A stretch of 64,000 bases of DNA from an uncultured Planctomycetota bacterium (GTDB lineage Bacteria > Planctomycetota > Planctomycetia > Gemmatales > Gemmataceae): contig CAWKHF010000012.1 in the NCBI GenBank assembly GCA_963849325.1, positions 672,001-736,000 on the forward strand, in the 5' to 3' direction. Positions 1 through 10,288 of this stretch are shown here, in pieces. The stretch's first letter is position 1. Each line of letters starts with the position of its first letter. The notes under the pieces are model-generated. The model did no database searches and was not told the origin of the DNA. It was given only the letters and a program-made list of their open reading frames with translations. Both the position numbers and the translations under genes were made by a program.

Positions 1-1
1 G

Positions 2-1681
2 GTGGAGGTTTCGGAGGCGAATACAGGATCGCTGATCTTCGGTATTGGCGTGAACAGCAACTCGGGTCTGACCGGCAGCATTGTATGCAATGAACGCAAC
101 TTCGCGTGTGAGCCGTCGAAGGTAGTGCAGCGCTTGGCGGAGGACGAGTTGCCCCCCGCCGCATCCATCTACGACGCCCTGCCCGCCGCGCTGCCGACGC
201 CCAACCTGTATGAGTTGCGTCCGACCGCTCGCCGCACACTGGCCGGCTCGCTGCTGTTCGGATTCAACCCGCTGATGGCGCTGCTGCCGACCGACAAAGC
301 CCTCGATGCCCCCGACGATCATCCACAGCGCGTGGCCGGCGACGATGTATTCCTCGACATGCCCGCCTTCCTCTCCAAAGAGTGTGAGAAAGATCTTCTA
401 CATTCTTCATTCTTTATCCCTCAAGCTTGGGGTGATCGCCTTAACAGCACCGAGTGGTTCAAATGGCTCGTGGCCCGCTACGCCAAACAGCACGACGCCC
501 CCGCCCCGGCGCAGAATGAAGGTTATCTCAACGTCGCCGTGGTCGCCGCCCTGACGTCGGCCGACACGCCCGCCGCCGAGATCGACGCGCCGCTCGTCCC
601 CGCCGCCGAGGCGCTGCCGATGCCGCAGGAAGACAAGCCGCACAAGAAAAAACACAAGAAACATCAACGCAAGAGCGAACCGCTGGCCATGCCGAAGGAG
701 GACGCTGCCGCCGGCGCATCGGCGGACGGCATCACCTGCCCCTACCTCCGCCAGCAGATGATCGATCGCCACGCCTGCCAGACCGCCGACCCGCAGCTCG
801 GCTGCGACGTGCTCGACAATCTCGAACGGCTGAAGAAGGCGGATGATTTGCTGGAACTGGCCCGCGACTTCGCCCGCGCCGGCCACGCCGCCGAGGCGTT
901 CGAGTGCTACGCTCTCGTTCGAGATCTCTGCCCCGGCAGTCCGTGTGCGAATCGCGCCGATGCCCTCGCTCTGGAACTGTATCTCGCCGAGGTCTGCGAC
1001 CGGCCGGCCGGCGCGGAAGACGCCGCCGAGCCGCGCGACGAGTCGTCCGACAAGCCGGCGGGCGTCGAGCAGCAGGTCAGCGGTCTGATGAAGGCGTGCC
1101 GTCTGCTCGTCAACGAGGGGCTGCACGAGCAGGCCGCCGAACTGGCCCGGCAGGCATACGCGCTGGACCCCGAGCGCGTCATGGCCGATCCGCTCGTCTA
1201 CAAGATGCACCTCCTCGCCACGACGCCACGACAGTCGTTCGGCTCCTCGAAGCCGGACGGCTCGACCGAATCGAGTGAGCCGGCCTCGTGTCCGTACTGT
1301 CCCCGCATCGGCCAACCGATCCGCGCGATCGTGCCGGACAAGAAGAAGCGTGCGTCCGGTCCCACGACGCTGCTCGTGCCGCCGATGCCGCCGGTCGATT
1401 ACGAAGTCGTGCCGGTACTCGATGGCGTGCTGACCGAGAAGGACCGGCCGGCGGGCGTGGAAGAGGCGAGCGAAGAGGAAACGCCGTCGAGCCTGGATGA
1501 GCTGGTCGAGTCCATCATGGGAGGCCACGGCGAAAGCCTGTTCGGCATCGGCATCAACGGAGATGGAAGTCTGCGCGTGAGCGGCGAGTGGTCGGGCGGC
1601 GGCAGCGTCTACCACGTCCTGTTCAACCGAGGCTGCCTGGCGATCTGGAAGACGCCGGACGCGGCGAAAGTGAAACCGTGA
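2..1681 (+). CDS. Hypothetical protein, 5'-truncated by the window edge; BamA-like beta-hairpin motif at the start, TPR-like helices, Cys motifs
   Basis: Open 559-codon frame. Starts EANTGSLIFGIGVNSNSGLTGSIVCNERNF; contains TCPYL, CPGSPC, SCPYC and helical AAELARQAYALDP segments. Confidence 0.6.
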   Translation: MEVSEANTGSLIFGIGVNSNSGLTGSIVCNERNFACEPSKVVQRLAEDELPPAASIYDALPAALPTPNLYELRPTARRTLAGSLLFGFNPLMALLPTDKALDAPDDHPQRVAGDDVFLDMPAFLSKECEKDLLHSSFFIPQAWGDRLNSTEWFKWLVARYAKQHDAPAPAQNEGYLNVAVVAALTSADTPAAEIDAPLVPAAEALPMPQEDKPHKKKHKKHQRKSEPLAMPKEDAAAGASADGITCPYLRQQMIDRHACQTADPQLGCDVLDNLERLKKADDLLELARDFARAGHAAEAFECYALVRDLCPGSPCANRADALALELYLAEVCDRPAGAEDAAEPRDESSDKPAGVEQQVSGLMKACRLLVNEGLHEQAAELARQAYALDPERVMADPLVYKMHLLATTPRQSFGSSKPDGSTESSEPASCPYCPRIGQPIRAIVPDKKKRASGPTTLLVPPMPPVDYEVVPVLDGVLTEKDRPAGVEEASEEETPSSLDELVESIMGGHGESLFGIGINGDGSLRVSGEWSGGGSVYHVLFNRGCLAIWKTPDAAKVKP

Positions 1682-1688
1682 CATTCCC

Positions 1689-1750
1689 GGCGAGCGGGGG
1701 GCGTCAGCCCCCTGTTGGAAGCAACAGGGGGCTGACGCCCCCCGCTCGCC
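1689..1750. repeat. REP-like GC-rich palindrome between convergent genes
   Basis: ggcgagcggggggcgtcagccccctgtt-ggaagc-aacagggggctgacgccccccgctcgcc: perfect 28-bp arms. Confidence 0.85.
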
Positions 1751-1758
1751 GAATGTTC

Positions 1759-2019
1759 TCACACCGAGGAATGGGCCGTTTGCAGATAGTCAAGGACTTG
1801 ATGGATCGTCATTCGCTGGATGCCGGGGAAGAGGTTCATCTGCACGGCCAGGGCGGCGAGGATGTGTTCTTCGCTGACCAGCCCCATGGCGCGAGCCAAC
1901 TGGCCGAATTTCTGCCGCCGCTCCTGCCGCCGCATCGCTTCCAGCACGCGGTCGAGGTCGAAACGGCTGAGGACCCTCAAACGGACTAGGATCTCGCCCA
2001 GCTTCGGTTCCGTGCGCAT
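1759..2019 (-). CDS. Small standalone MshEN-like (GspE/PilB N-terminal type) protein
   Basis: KLGEILVRLRVL...KFGQLARAMGLVSEEHILAALAVQ resembles the tandem RLGxxLxxxGLxxxxxLxxxLxxQ motif. Confidence 0.65.
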   Translation of the reverse strand: MRTEPKLGEILVRLRVLSRFDLDRVLEAMRRQERRQKFGQLARAMGLVSEEHILAALAVQMNLFPGIQRMTIHQVLDYLQTAHSSV

Positions 2020-2094
2020 CGGTTGTGCCCTGTCTCGCCGGCGGCGGAGCGATGCCGCCCCCGTTCAGCACAACTATAGCTCACGCAGGGTCCG

Positions 2095-3045
2095 TCAGTG
2101 TTTGGGGAAGTAGTTGTTGAGCGTCTGCAGGCGGGAGACGCTGAGGTCGAGATTGTCCTGGGCGGCGCACATGTGCTCCAGGGCCTCCTCGAAGCGCGAG
2201 ACGCAGGCGTCCAGTTCGCTGCGCGGCGCGTCGGTGTAGAGCAGACAGCTGGACAGCTCCTTGATGGCCTCCTCCAGTTCGTCGCCGAGGACTTGCTGGA
2301 AGCGTCGGCCGAACTCCTCCGACTCGCCGGCGGCGGCGTGCAGTGCGATCAGCAGGTTGCCGTGGAGGTTGGGGTCCACGGTTCGGTCCATCTCGACGGA
2401 CCCGGGGCGGGCGGCCTTCGACTGGGGAGCGGCCACCGTCGGGGTCGTCGCACTGCTGCCGGACGGCTCACCCTGGCCCAGCATCTCCCGGGCGTGTTCC
2501 CGCCCTTCAAGCGCCTTTTCCCAATCCGGCCGAAGCTTCAGTGCCTCGTCGTAGTTCTGGATGGCCGGGCGATATTGTTTTTTCTCGACATACAGGTTGC
2601 CCAGGTTGAGGTAGGCGTCGGCCATGCGCGGATTGAGGCGAATGGCCTCGCGGTACGCCTGGATCGACAGATCGAGCTGGCCCTTGCGGCGGTAGACCAG
2701 GCCCAGGTTGTAATAGCCCTCGACGCGCTGCGGATCGAGTTGAATGCCGCGGCGCAGGGCGGCGACGGCCTCGTCCAGGTCTTGCAGGAGATTGTGGACG
2801 GCGCCCAGGTTGATGTAGGCGCCGGCGCGGAGCGGATCGAGACGAGTAACTTCCTTGAAGTGGTGGGCGGCACTGGTCAGCTCGCGGAGCTGGAAATACA
2901 CGGTAGCCAGACCCATGTGGATGTCCGGCGAATCGGACTTGAGTCCCAGCGCCATCAAGTAGGCCTGCTTGGCCTTCTCCCAATCGCGGGCCTCGATGGC
3001 TTGCCGCGCCTTGAGACAGATTCGTTCGATTTTCCCCGGTATCAT
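2095..3045 (-). CDS. TPR-repeat protein with helical C-terminal domain
   Basis: Repeated AYINLG / YYNLGLVY / AYLNLGNLY TPR units; GGAGG upstream of ATG 3045. Confidence 0.85.
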   Translation of the reverse strand: MIPGKIERICLKARQAIEARDWEKAKQAYLMALGLKSDSPDIHMGLATVYFQLRELTSAAHHFKEVTRLDPLRAGAYINLGAVHNLLQDLDEAVAALRRGIQLDPQRVEGYYNLGLVYRRKGQLDLSIQAYREAIRLNPRMADAYLNLGNLYVEKKQYRPAIQNYDEALKLRPDWEKALEGREHAREMLGQGEPSGSSATTPTVAAPQSKAARPGSVEMDRTVDPNLHGNLLIALHAAAGESEEFGRRFQQVLGDELEEAIKELSSCLLYTDAPRSELDACVSRFEEALEHMCAAQDNLDLSVSRLQTLNNYFPKH

Positions 3046-3190
3046 GGCTTCGCCCCTCCCCGGTGAGGCATTTCGCACAGTCCTGGACATAGAGGATTGG
3101 GATAGACAAACCAATTATAAACGGACATTCGCGCTGTCCACAACTGGATTCGGTCGGCGAACGTCGGCGTGACGGTTGCCTGGGCCGCAA

Positions 3191-3348
3191 GCGGCTTAGC
3201 GTCTGTCCCGTAATCTCCCCTCTCCCCCCCTTCGGGGGAGAGGGGTTGGGGGTGAGGGGGAGAGAAACCTCGGGAAAGCGCACCCCCTCACCCCACCCCT
3301 CTCCCCCGAAGCGGGGGAGAGGGGCTTACGGGACAGACGCTAAGCCGC
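3191..3348. mobile_element. MITE-like element with terminal inverted repeats and internal REP-like palindromes
   Basis: Left gcggcttagcgtctgtcccgtaa is the exact reverse complement of right ttacgggacagacgctaagccgc; internal cccctctccccc...gggggagagggg hairpins. Confidence 0.7.
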
Positions 3349-3454
3349 CAGCGGCTTTTTCTGGTAGAATGTCGGATGAAACCTCGCCGGAACCTACCCG
3401 CCTCGGAGGTCCACCCTCGGACCTGCCCGTGCCGCTTCGCCGAAGGAGAGAACC

Positions 3455-6400
3455 GTGCGGACTGAATACCCGCTCGCCGTTGGTCTGATGGCCCTGTTGA
3501 GTTGCTGCGGTCTGTCCCGAGCGGCCGAGAAACCGCGTGTCGATTTCGCCCGCGACGTGCTGCCGATCTTCCAGCGCCGCTGCTTTTCCTGCCACGACGG
3601 CCGCAAGCATAAGGCGGGCCTGCGCCTGGACGTGCGTGCCAGCGCCCTGCGCGGCGGCGAGTCCGGCAAGCCGGCCCTCGTCCTCGGCGACGCTCCCAGG
3701 AGCGAGTTACTCCGCCGCGTCAGCATCGCGGACGACGACGAGGTCATGCCGCCCGAGGGGGAGCGGCTGTCCGCCGCCGAAGTGAAACGACTGCGCGACT
3801 GGATCGACGCGGGAGCGGTCTGGCCCGACGCCCTGGCCGGCGACGACGCCCCGTGGAAGCGTCACTGGGCCTTTCGCGCTCCGGTGCGCCCGTCGCTGCC
3901 GGCCGTCAAGAATACGGCGTGGGCGCGACACCCGCTGGATCGCTTCGTGCTGGCGCGGCTGGAAAAAGAGGGATCAGCGCCGTCGCCGCAAGCCGATCGC
4001 GTCACCCTGCTGCGCCGCCTCAGCCTCGACCTGATCGGACTGCCGCCGACCATCGCGGAGGTGGACGCCTTTCTCGCCGACAACAGTGAGCAGGCTTACG
4101 AGAAGGCCGTCGAGCGCTTGCTGGCCAGTCCGCACTACGGCGAACGCTGGGGCCGGCACTGGCTCGACGCCGCTCGCTACGCCGACTCGGACGGCTTCGA
4201 GAAGGACAAATCGCGCTCGGTGTGGTTTTACCGCGATTGGGTCATCGCCGCGCTCAACCGCGATCTGCCCTACGACCAGTTCATCATCGAGCAGCTGGCC
4301 GGCGACCTGCTGCCGGGGGCGACGCAAGATCAAATCGTGGCCACGGGGTTCCTGCGCAACTCGATGATTAACGAGGAGGGCGGCGTCGATCCCGAGCAGT
4401 TCCGCATGGAGGCGATGTTCGATCGCATGGAGGCCATCGGCAAGAGCGTCCTCGGCCTGACCATCCAGTGCGCCCAGTGCCACAACCACAAGTTCGACCC
4501 ACTGGCCCAGGTTGAATATTACAAGATGTTCGCTTTCCTCAACAACGACCACGAGGCGAACATCGCCGTGTACACGCCGGAAGAGCAGATGCGGCGGGCC
4601 GAGTTGTTGCGGCAAATCCACGCCATCGAGAACGAACTGCGGCACCGCCACCCCGATTGGCGGAAGCGCATGCACGCCTGGGAGGACACCGTTCGAGAGA
4701 ATCAGCCCGAATGGATCGTCTTGCGGCCGGCCGTTGAGGAGGAATCGACCGGCGGGCAGAAATACCTGCCGCTGACGGACGGCTCGTTCCTCGCCCAGGG
4801 CTACGCGCCGACCAAGCACACGGTACGAATGAAGGTAAAGACCGATGTGTCCAACATCACGGCGTTTCGTCTGGAGTTGCTCAACGATCCGAACCTGCCG
4901 CTGGGTGGGCCGGGGCGTTCTCTTCACGGCACGGGAGCGCTGACCGAGTTCAAGGTGCAGGTGGTGCCGGCGGACCATCGCGGTCAAAAACCGGAGTGGG
5001 TCAAGTTCGTCAAGGCGACGGCGGACGTCAATCCGCCGGAGAAGCCGCTCGATGCGGTCTATTACGACAAAAGCGATCGCAAGCGTATGACAGGTCCGGT
5101 AAACTTCGCCATCGACGGCAACAACGACACGGCCTGGGGCATCGACATCGGTCCGGGCCGCCGCAATCGGCCGCGCAAGGCCGTCTTTCTCGCCGACAAG
5201 CCGATCGCCAATCCCAAGGGGACCATCCTGACGTTCCATCTGACGCAGAACCATGGTGGCTGGAACAGCGACGACAATCAGAATCACAACCTCGGCCGCA
5301 TTCGCCTGTCCCTGACGACGTGGCCCGGCGCGGAGGCGGACCCACTGCCCCAGCACGTGCGGCAGATCCTCGCCGTCCCGCGCGAACGACGGACACCGGC
5401 GCAGGAGGGGGTCATCTTTAGCTACTGGCGGACCACCGTACCGGAGTGGAAGGACGCCAACGAACGGATTGAGGCGCTGTGGCAAAAACACCCGGAAGGC
5501 TCCTCGCAGTTGGTGCTGCAAGGGCGTCCGCGGCCGCGCGACACGCACGTCCTGAAGCGCGGCGATTTCCTCAAGCCGGCCCAGGCGGTGACGCCGGGCG
5601 TGCCATCGTTCTTGCATCCGCTGCCGCCCAACGCGGCGCCGAATCGCCTGACGTTCGCCCGCTGGCTGGTCGATCGCCGTTCGCCGACGACGGCACGGGC
5701 CATCGTCAACCGCGTTTGGCAGACGTATTTCGGCACCGGACTCGTCGCCACCAGCGAGGATCTCGGCACGCAGAGCGAAGCGCCGTCGCACCCGGAGCTG
5801 CTCGACTGGCTCGCTGTCGAGTTCATGGAAGGCGGCTGGAACCTCAAGAAGCTGCACCAGCTCATCGTCGGCTCGGCGACCTACCGGCAATCGTCGCGGG
5901 TGACGCCGGAGCTGCACGCGCGCGATCCGTACAACCGCCTGCTGGCGCGGGGAGCGCGCTTCCGCGTCGAGGGCGAGATCGTGCGGGACATCGCCTTGTC
6001 GGCGAGCGGCCTGCTGAACCCGGCCGTCGGCGGCCGCAGCGTGTTTCCGCCGTTGCCCGGCTTCCTGCTCGTGCCGCCGGCCAGCTACGGGCCGAAGATT
6101 TGGCCGGAAGACAAGGGGCCGAACCGCTATCGTCGCGGCCTGTACACGTTCCGCTATCGCTCGGTGCCGTACCCGATGCTGCAAACGTTCGATGCCCCCA
6201 ATGGCGACGCCTCGTGCGTGCGGCGGTCGCGCTCCAACACACCGCTGCAAGCGCTGATGACGCTCAACGAGCCGGTCTTTCTCGACTGCGCCCGCGCGCT
6301 GGCGCTGCGAACCCTGGCCGACGGCGGCGCGACGGACGCCGAGCGCATGGTCTACGCCTTCCGCCGCTGCGTCGCCCGGACGCCGACCAGCGCGGAGAAG

Positions 6401-6596
6401 GCCGAGCTGCTGAAACTGCTGGACAAGCAGCAAGAACGCTTCGCCCGGCCTGACGCCAAGCCGTGGGATCTGGCCGCGACGGAATCCGGCGCATCCGCCG
6501 TCATTGCCGAAAGGCGCGACGCCGGCGCAGGCGGCGGCGTGGACCGTCGTGTCGCGCGTGCTGCTGAACCTCGATGAGACGATCGCCAAGGAGTAG
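3455..6596 (+). CDS. Planctomycete cytochrome c / DUF1549 / DUF1553 protein (frameshift near 6490)
   Basis: Signal peptide, CFSCH and CAQCH haem motifs, YGERWGRHWLD, PSHPELLDWLA, SNTPLQAL; the typical end VLLNLDETIAKE* is in another frame with TAG at 6594-6596. Confidence 0.92.
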
Positions 6597-6818
6597 GAGA
6601 TTTTGACGAGCAGCCTTTGAAGACGCCGATCGTCTTCCGCAAAACGACGTTGGGCGGCATGGAAGATAAAAGGAATGGACACCGATTTTCCCGATTTTCT
6701 GATACACTACACTATACCGCGATCGGTCGAAACGGCCTCCCCATGCCTCGGCGGTAACGCGACAAGGGCAGGCAAGCAAACAAAAAAGAACGGACATCCA
6801 TTTCCCGAAGGGCATCCC

Positions 6819-7103
6819 ATGACCGTGAAAAAGACCCCTCTCCTCCCCGCCGCCCCGCGTCGAGAAGGGGTGACGCGCACCGTGATCTCGCAAACGTTGC
6901 CCTGCACCCCGGAGGACTGGCGTCAACGCATCGAGGCGCTGGGCACCCGCATCGCCGGATACGTCCAGTTCATGTGCGAGCCGGGCGACCTGGGCGGCAC
7001 CTCGGCCGAGGCGAGGGAAAAAGCCATCGCCGTCTTCGGCGCGGCGATGGTGGTGGCGGAGCATCGGCTGGGCCGGATCCAGGAAGAGTTCCGGCTCGAA
7101 TAG
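6819..7103 (+). CDS. Hypothetical small helical protein
   Basis: Protein-like composition from ATG 6819; no family recognised. Confidence 0.45.
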   Translation: MTVKKTPLLPAAPRREGVTRTVISQTLPCTPEDWRQRIEALGTRIAGYVQFMCEPGDLGGTSAEAREKAIAVFGAAMVVAEHRLGRIQEEFRLE

Positions 7104-8176
7104 GCGACAGGGATACGGTGGAACGGCCGCGAAGTCGCCGGGACCGCCTCGGCCGACGGGATCGGGCAAACGATGTCGCCGGCTCGGTCAGGTCCGGCGC
7201 CCTTGCGCTGCGCCTGCTTGGACGGCAGCTTCACGTTCCAGGCGAGGCGGGCCAGGGCCAGGGCGCGGATGACGTAGTAACTGACATCGATCTGCCACCA
7301 GCGCAGGCCGTGGCGGGCCGAGGTCGGGAAGGCGTGGTGCGTGTTGTGGAAGCCTTCTCCCAGCGCCAGGACGCCGAAGACGAAGTTATCTCGGCTCTCG
7401 TCGCCGCTGCGGTAACGCCGGAAGCCCCACAGGTGGCAGACGGAATTGACGCTCCAGGTGACATGGTGGACCAGAAAGACCCGGATCAAACCTCCCCACG
7501 CCAGCCCGGTCCAAACCCCCATCCAGGTCAAGGTGATCACGCCGCCGAGGGCGGCGGGGAGCAGTAAGCCGAGGACCAACCAGGCCGGGAACAACGCGCT
7601 CACCACACGCAGGGGCCGGCTCTGGCTGAGGTCCTTGACGTAGCGGTCCAGGTCTGGAGGGTCGGCCTGGAACACCCAGCCCACATGGGCGTGCCAGAGG
7701 CCGCGCAGCACACCCCAGACGCCGCGCCCGTGCAGGTGCGGGGAGTGCGGGTCGCCGGGCCGGTCGCTGTGCTGGTGGTGCCGCCGGTGCAGGGCGACCC
7801 ACTTCAATAGGGAACCCTCCACGGCCATCGAGCCGAGGATGCCCAGCACCAGCTGCACGCCTCGATAGGTCTCGAACGAGCGGTGGGTGAAAAGCCGGTG
7901 GAAGCCGACGGTGATGCCCAGGGCCGTCAGGACGTACATGCCCAACATCAGCCCCAGGTCCGTCCAGCTAAAGCCCCAGCCCCAGAAGAAGACGACAGCG
8001 GCCCCCAGGCCGCACAGGGGCAAGGTGACCGCGAGGAGGTTCGCTATCCACAGTCCCAGCGGCAACCGCCCGGAGACCGCCACGGACGGCGGCAACTCGG
8101 CGGCAGGGTCGGCGACCGGCAGGACCGCAAGTTCTTCCGCGGGGTCTGTGGCGGTCTCCGGGGGCATCTCATCCAC
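6923..8176 (-). CDS. Delta-9-type fatty acid (acyl-CoA/acyl-lipid) desaturase; true 3' end probably near 7190
   Basis: His boxes GFHRLFTH, HRRHH, GEGFHNTHH plus transmembrane segments; family similarity ends near NVKLP. Confidence 0.92.
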   Translation of the reverse strand: MDEMPPETATDPAEELAVLPVADPAAELPPSVAVSGRLPLGLWIANLLAVTLPLCGLGAAVVFFWGWGFSWTDLGLMLGMYVLTALGITVGFHRLFTHRSFETYRGVQLVLGILGSMAVEGSLLKWVALHRRHHQHSDRPGDPHSPHLHGRGVWGVLRGLWHAHVGWVFQADPPDLDRYVKDLSQSRPLRVVSALFPAWLVLGLLLPAALGGVITLTWMGVWTGLAWGGLIRVFLVHHVTWSVNSVCHLWGFRRYRSGDESRDNFVFGVLALGEGFHNTHHAFPTSARHGLRWWQIDVSYYVIRALALARLAWNVKLPSKQAQRKGAGPDRAGDIVCPIPSAEAVPATSRPFHRIPVAYSSRNSSWIRPSRCSATTIAAPKTAMAFSLASAEVPPRSPGSHMNWTYPAMRVPSASMR

Positions 8177-8262
8177 GAAAAAGACTCCTCTCGCGGGCCT
8201 CGGCCTCCGTTGGGACGGCGCAGCCCGCGAGGCCTCGACGTCAGGGCTCGTTTTACCCTTGT

Positions 8263-8272
8263 ATTATACCAT
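8263..8272 (-). promoter_or_regulatory. Extended -10 promoter candidate for the desaturase
   Basis: Minus strand reads aTGgTATAAT about 90 nt upstream of the start codon. Confidence 0.4.
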
Positions 8273-8574
8273 CGCGGCGTGGACCGGGGGAGAGCGAACG
8301 GCCCCTGTTCGTCCGGGCGATGGCGGACGTCCATCCGTCGGAAAAACCGCCGCCACGCGCCCCATGCCTCGACACGAGCGCGACGAAGGTAGACACGCAA
8401 CCACGGAACGGATGCCGATTTACTTCCTCTTGCGTGACGGCGTGACGTCTTCGATGATGGAGAGGTGAAACGAGAGAGAGCAAAACGTCGGAAGGCAAGG
8501 TGCGTCCGCGGTACGCGGTCTCTCCGACGCAGGCGGCCCCGGATGTTCCCCCCAGAAAAACGAGACGCGACACC

Positions 8575-10011
8575 ATGAATGGTCCGACGCATCTTTGCCT
8601 TGTCCAGGATCCCAAGCTCATCACGCGCCGCTGGTTCTTCCGCGACTGCGGCGTCGGCCTGGGAGCCATCGCCCTGGGCGAATTGCTGCGTGAATCCGGC
8701 TTCGCCGCGCCGGCGCAGGGCGACCCGCTGGCCGTCAAGCGGCCGCACCACCCGGCGCGGGCCAAGCGCGTCGTCTTTCTGTTCATGGCCGGCGCGCCCA
8801 GCCATCTGGAGTTGTTCGACTACAAACCGCAGCTGGCGAAGTACGACGGCACGCTGCCGCCCAAACATCTCCTTGAGGGCTACCGCGCCGCCTTCATCAA
8901 CCCCAGCTCGAAGCTGCTGGGGCCGAAGTTCACTTTTTCGCGCCACGGCCAATGCGGCGCCGAGCTGTCCGAACTGCTGCCGCACCTGGCCACCGTGGTC
9001 GATGACATCGCCATCGTCAAATCGATGGTCACGGATGCCTTCAACCACGCGCCGGGCCAGATCTTCATGAACACGGGTTCGCAGCAGTTTGGCCGGCCGA
9101 GCTTCGGCGCCTGGGTGACGTATGGCCTGGGCAGCGAATCGCGCGACTTGCCGGCCTTCGTCGTACTCAACTCCGGCAAGAAGGGGCCCAGCGGCGGCAA
9201 CTCGAACTGGGGCAGCGGTTTCTTGCCCACCGTTTACGAGGGTGTGCCGTTCCGCGGCAGCGGCGATCCGGTGCTGTACCTGTCCAACCCGCCCGGCGTC
9301 GATGCCGCTATCCAGCGCGAATCGCTGGACACCATCGAGCACCTCAACCGCGCATCGCCTCGACGTGGTCGGCGATCCCGAGATCGCCACGCGCATCAAC
9401 TCCTTCGAGATGGCCTACCGCATGCAAGCCAGCGCCCGGAGCTGATGGACCTGTCACGGGAGCCGAAGCGCGTCTTGCAAATGTACGGGGCCGAGCCGGG
9501 CAAGCCGTCGTTCGCCAACAATTGTCTGCTGGCCCGGCGTCTGCTGGAGCGCGGCGTGCGTTTCGTGCAGCTGTTCCACGAAGCCTGGGACCAGCACGGC
9601 AATCTCAAAAAAGACCTGACGAAGAACTGCCAGGACACCGACCGAGCCTGCGCCGCCCTGGTGCGCGATCTGAAACAGCGTGGTCTGCTGGATGAGACGA
9701 TTGTGCTGTGGGGCGGCGAGTTCGGGCGGACGCCGATGGTGCAGGGCGGCGGCGACGACGGCCGCGATCACCATCCCAACGCCTTCTCCATGTGGATGGC
9801 CGGCGGCGGCATCAAGCCGGGGTTGGTGCTGGGCCAGACCGATGAGTTCGGCTTCAACGCCACCGACGACCGCGTTCACGTTCACGACCTGCACGCGACA
9901 CTGTTGCACCTGCTCGGTTTCGATCACACGAAGTTGACGTATCGCTTCCAGGGCCGCGATTTCCGTCTGACGGACGTGCATGGCCAACTCGTGCGTAAGC
10001 TACTGGCGTGA
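8575..10011 (+). CDS. DUF1501 family protein (compensating frameshifts around 9350-9440)
   Basis: TRRWFF leader, [50 protein letters not shown]. Confidence 0.93.
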   Translation: MNGPTHLCLVQDPKLITRRWFFRDCGVGLGAIALGELLRESGFAAPAQGDPLAVKRPHHPARAKRVVFLFMAGAPSHLELFDYKPQLAKYDGTLPPKHLLEGYRAAFINPSSKLLGPKFTFSRHGQCGAELSELLPHLATVVDDIAIVKSMVTDAFNHAPGQIFMNTGSQQFGRPSFGAWVTYGLGSESRDLPAFVVLNSGKKGPSGGNSNWGSGFLPTVYEGVPFRGSGDPVLYLSNPPGVDAAIQRESLDTIEHLNRASPRRGRRSRDRHAHQLLRDGLPHASQRPELMDLSREPKRVLQMYGAEPGKPSFANNCLLARRLLERGVRFVQLFHEAWDQHGNLKKDLTKNCQDTDRACAALVRDLKQRGLLDETIVLWGGEFGRTPMVQGGGDDGRDHHPNAFSMWMAGGGIKPGLVLGQTDEFGFNATDDRVHVHDLHATLLHLLGFDHTKLTYRFQGRDFRLTDVHGQLVRKLLA

Positions 10012-10039
10012 GACGGGGGTCTGGGAGGAGGGATCATTC

Positions 10040-10288
10040 ATGGCGACACTTGTTCTGGACAATGTCCCTGACGAGTTGCTTACCGAACTGGAACACCTGG
10101 CGGCGCGGGAGCATGTTCCCGTGGCGGAGAAGACCGTCCGTCTGCTCCAGCAAGCCGTCGGCCAGAGAGCACAGCCGAACGGTTGGCGTGTACAGGAAAT
10201 CCTCGATCGCCTGGTTCGCAACCGCTTCAACCCCGACCCCGGAGGCCCGGACGTGGTGGCGATGCTGCGTGAGGACCGCAATCGATGA
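10040..10288 (+). CDS. Antitoxin (FitA/VapB ribbon-helix-helix-like)
   Basis: MATLVLDNVPDELLTELEHLAA...LREDR; ATGA overlap with the PIN gene. Confidence 0.75.
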   Translation: MATLVLDNVPDELLTELEHLAAREHVPVAEKTVRLLQQAVGQRAQPNGWRVQEILDRLVRNRFNPDPGGPDVVAMLREDRNR

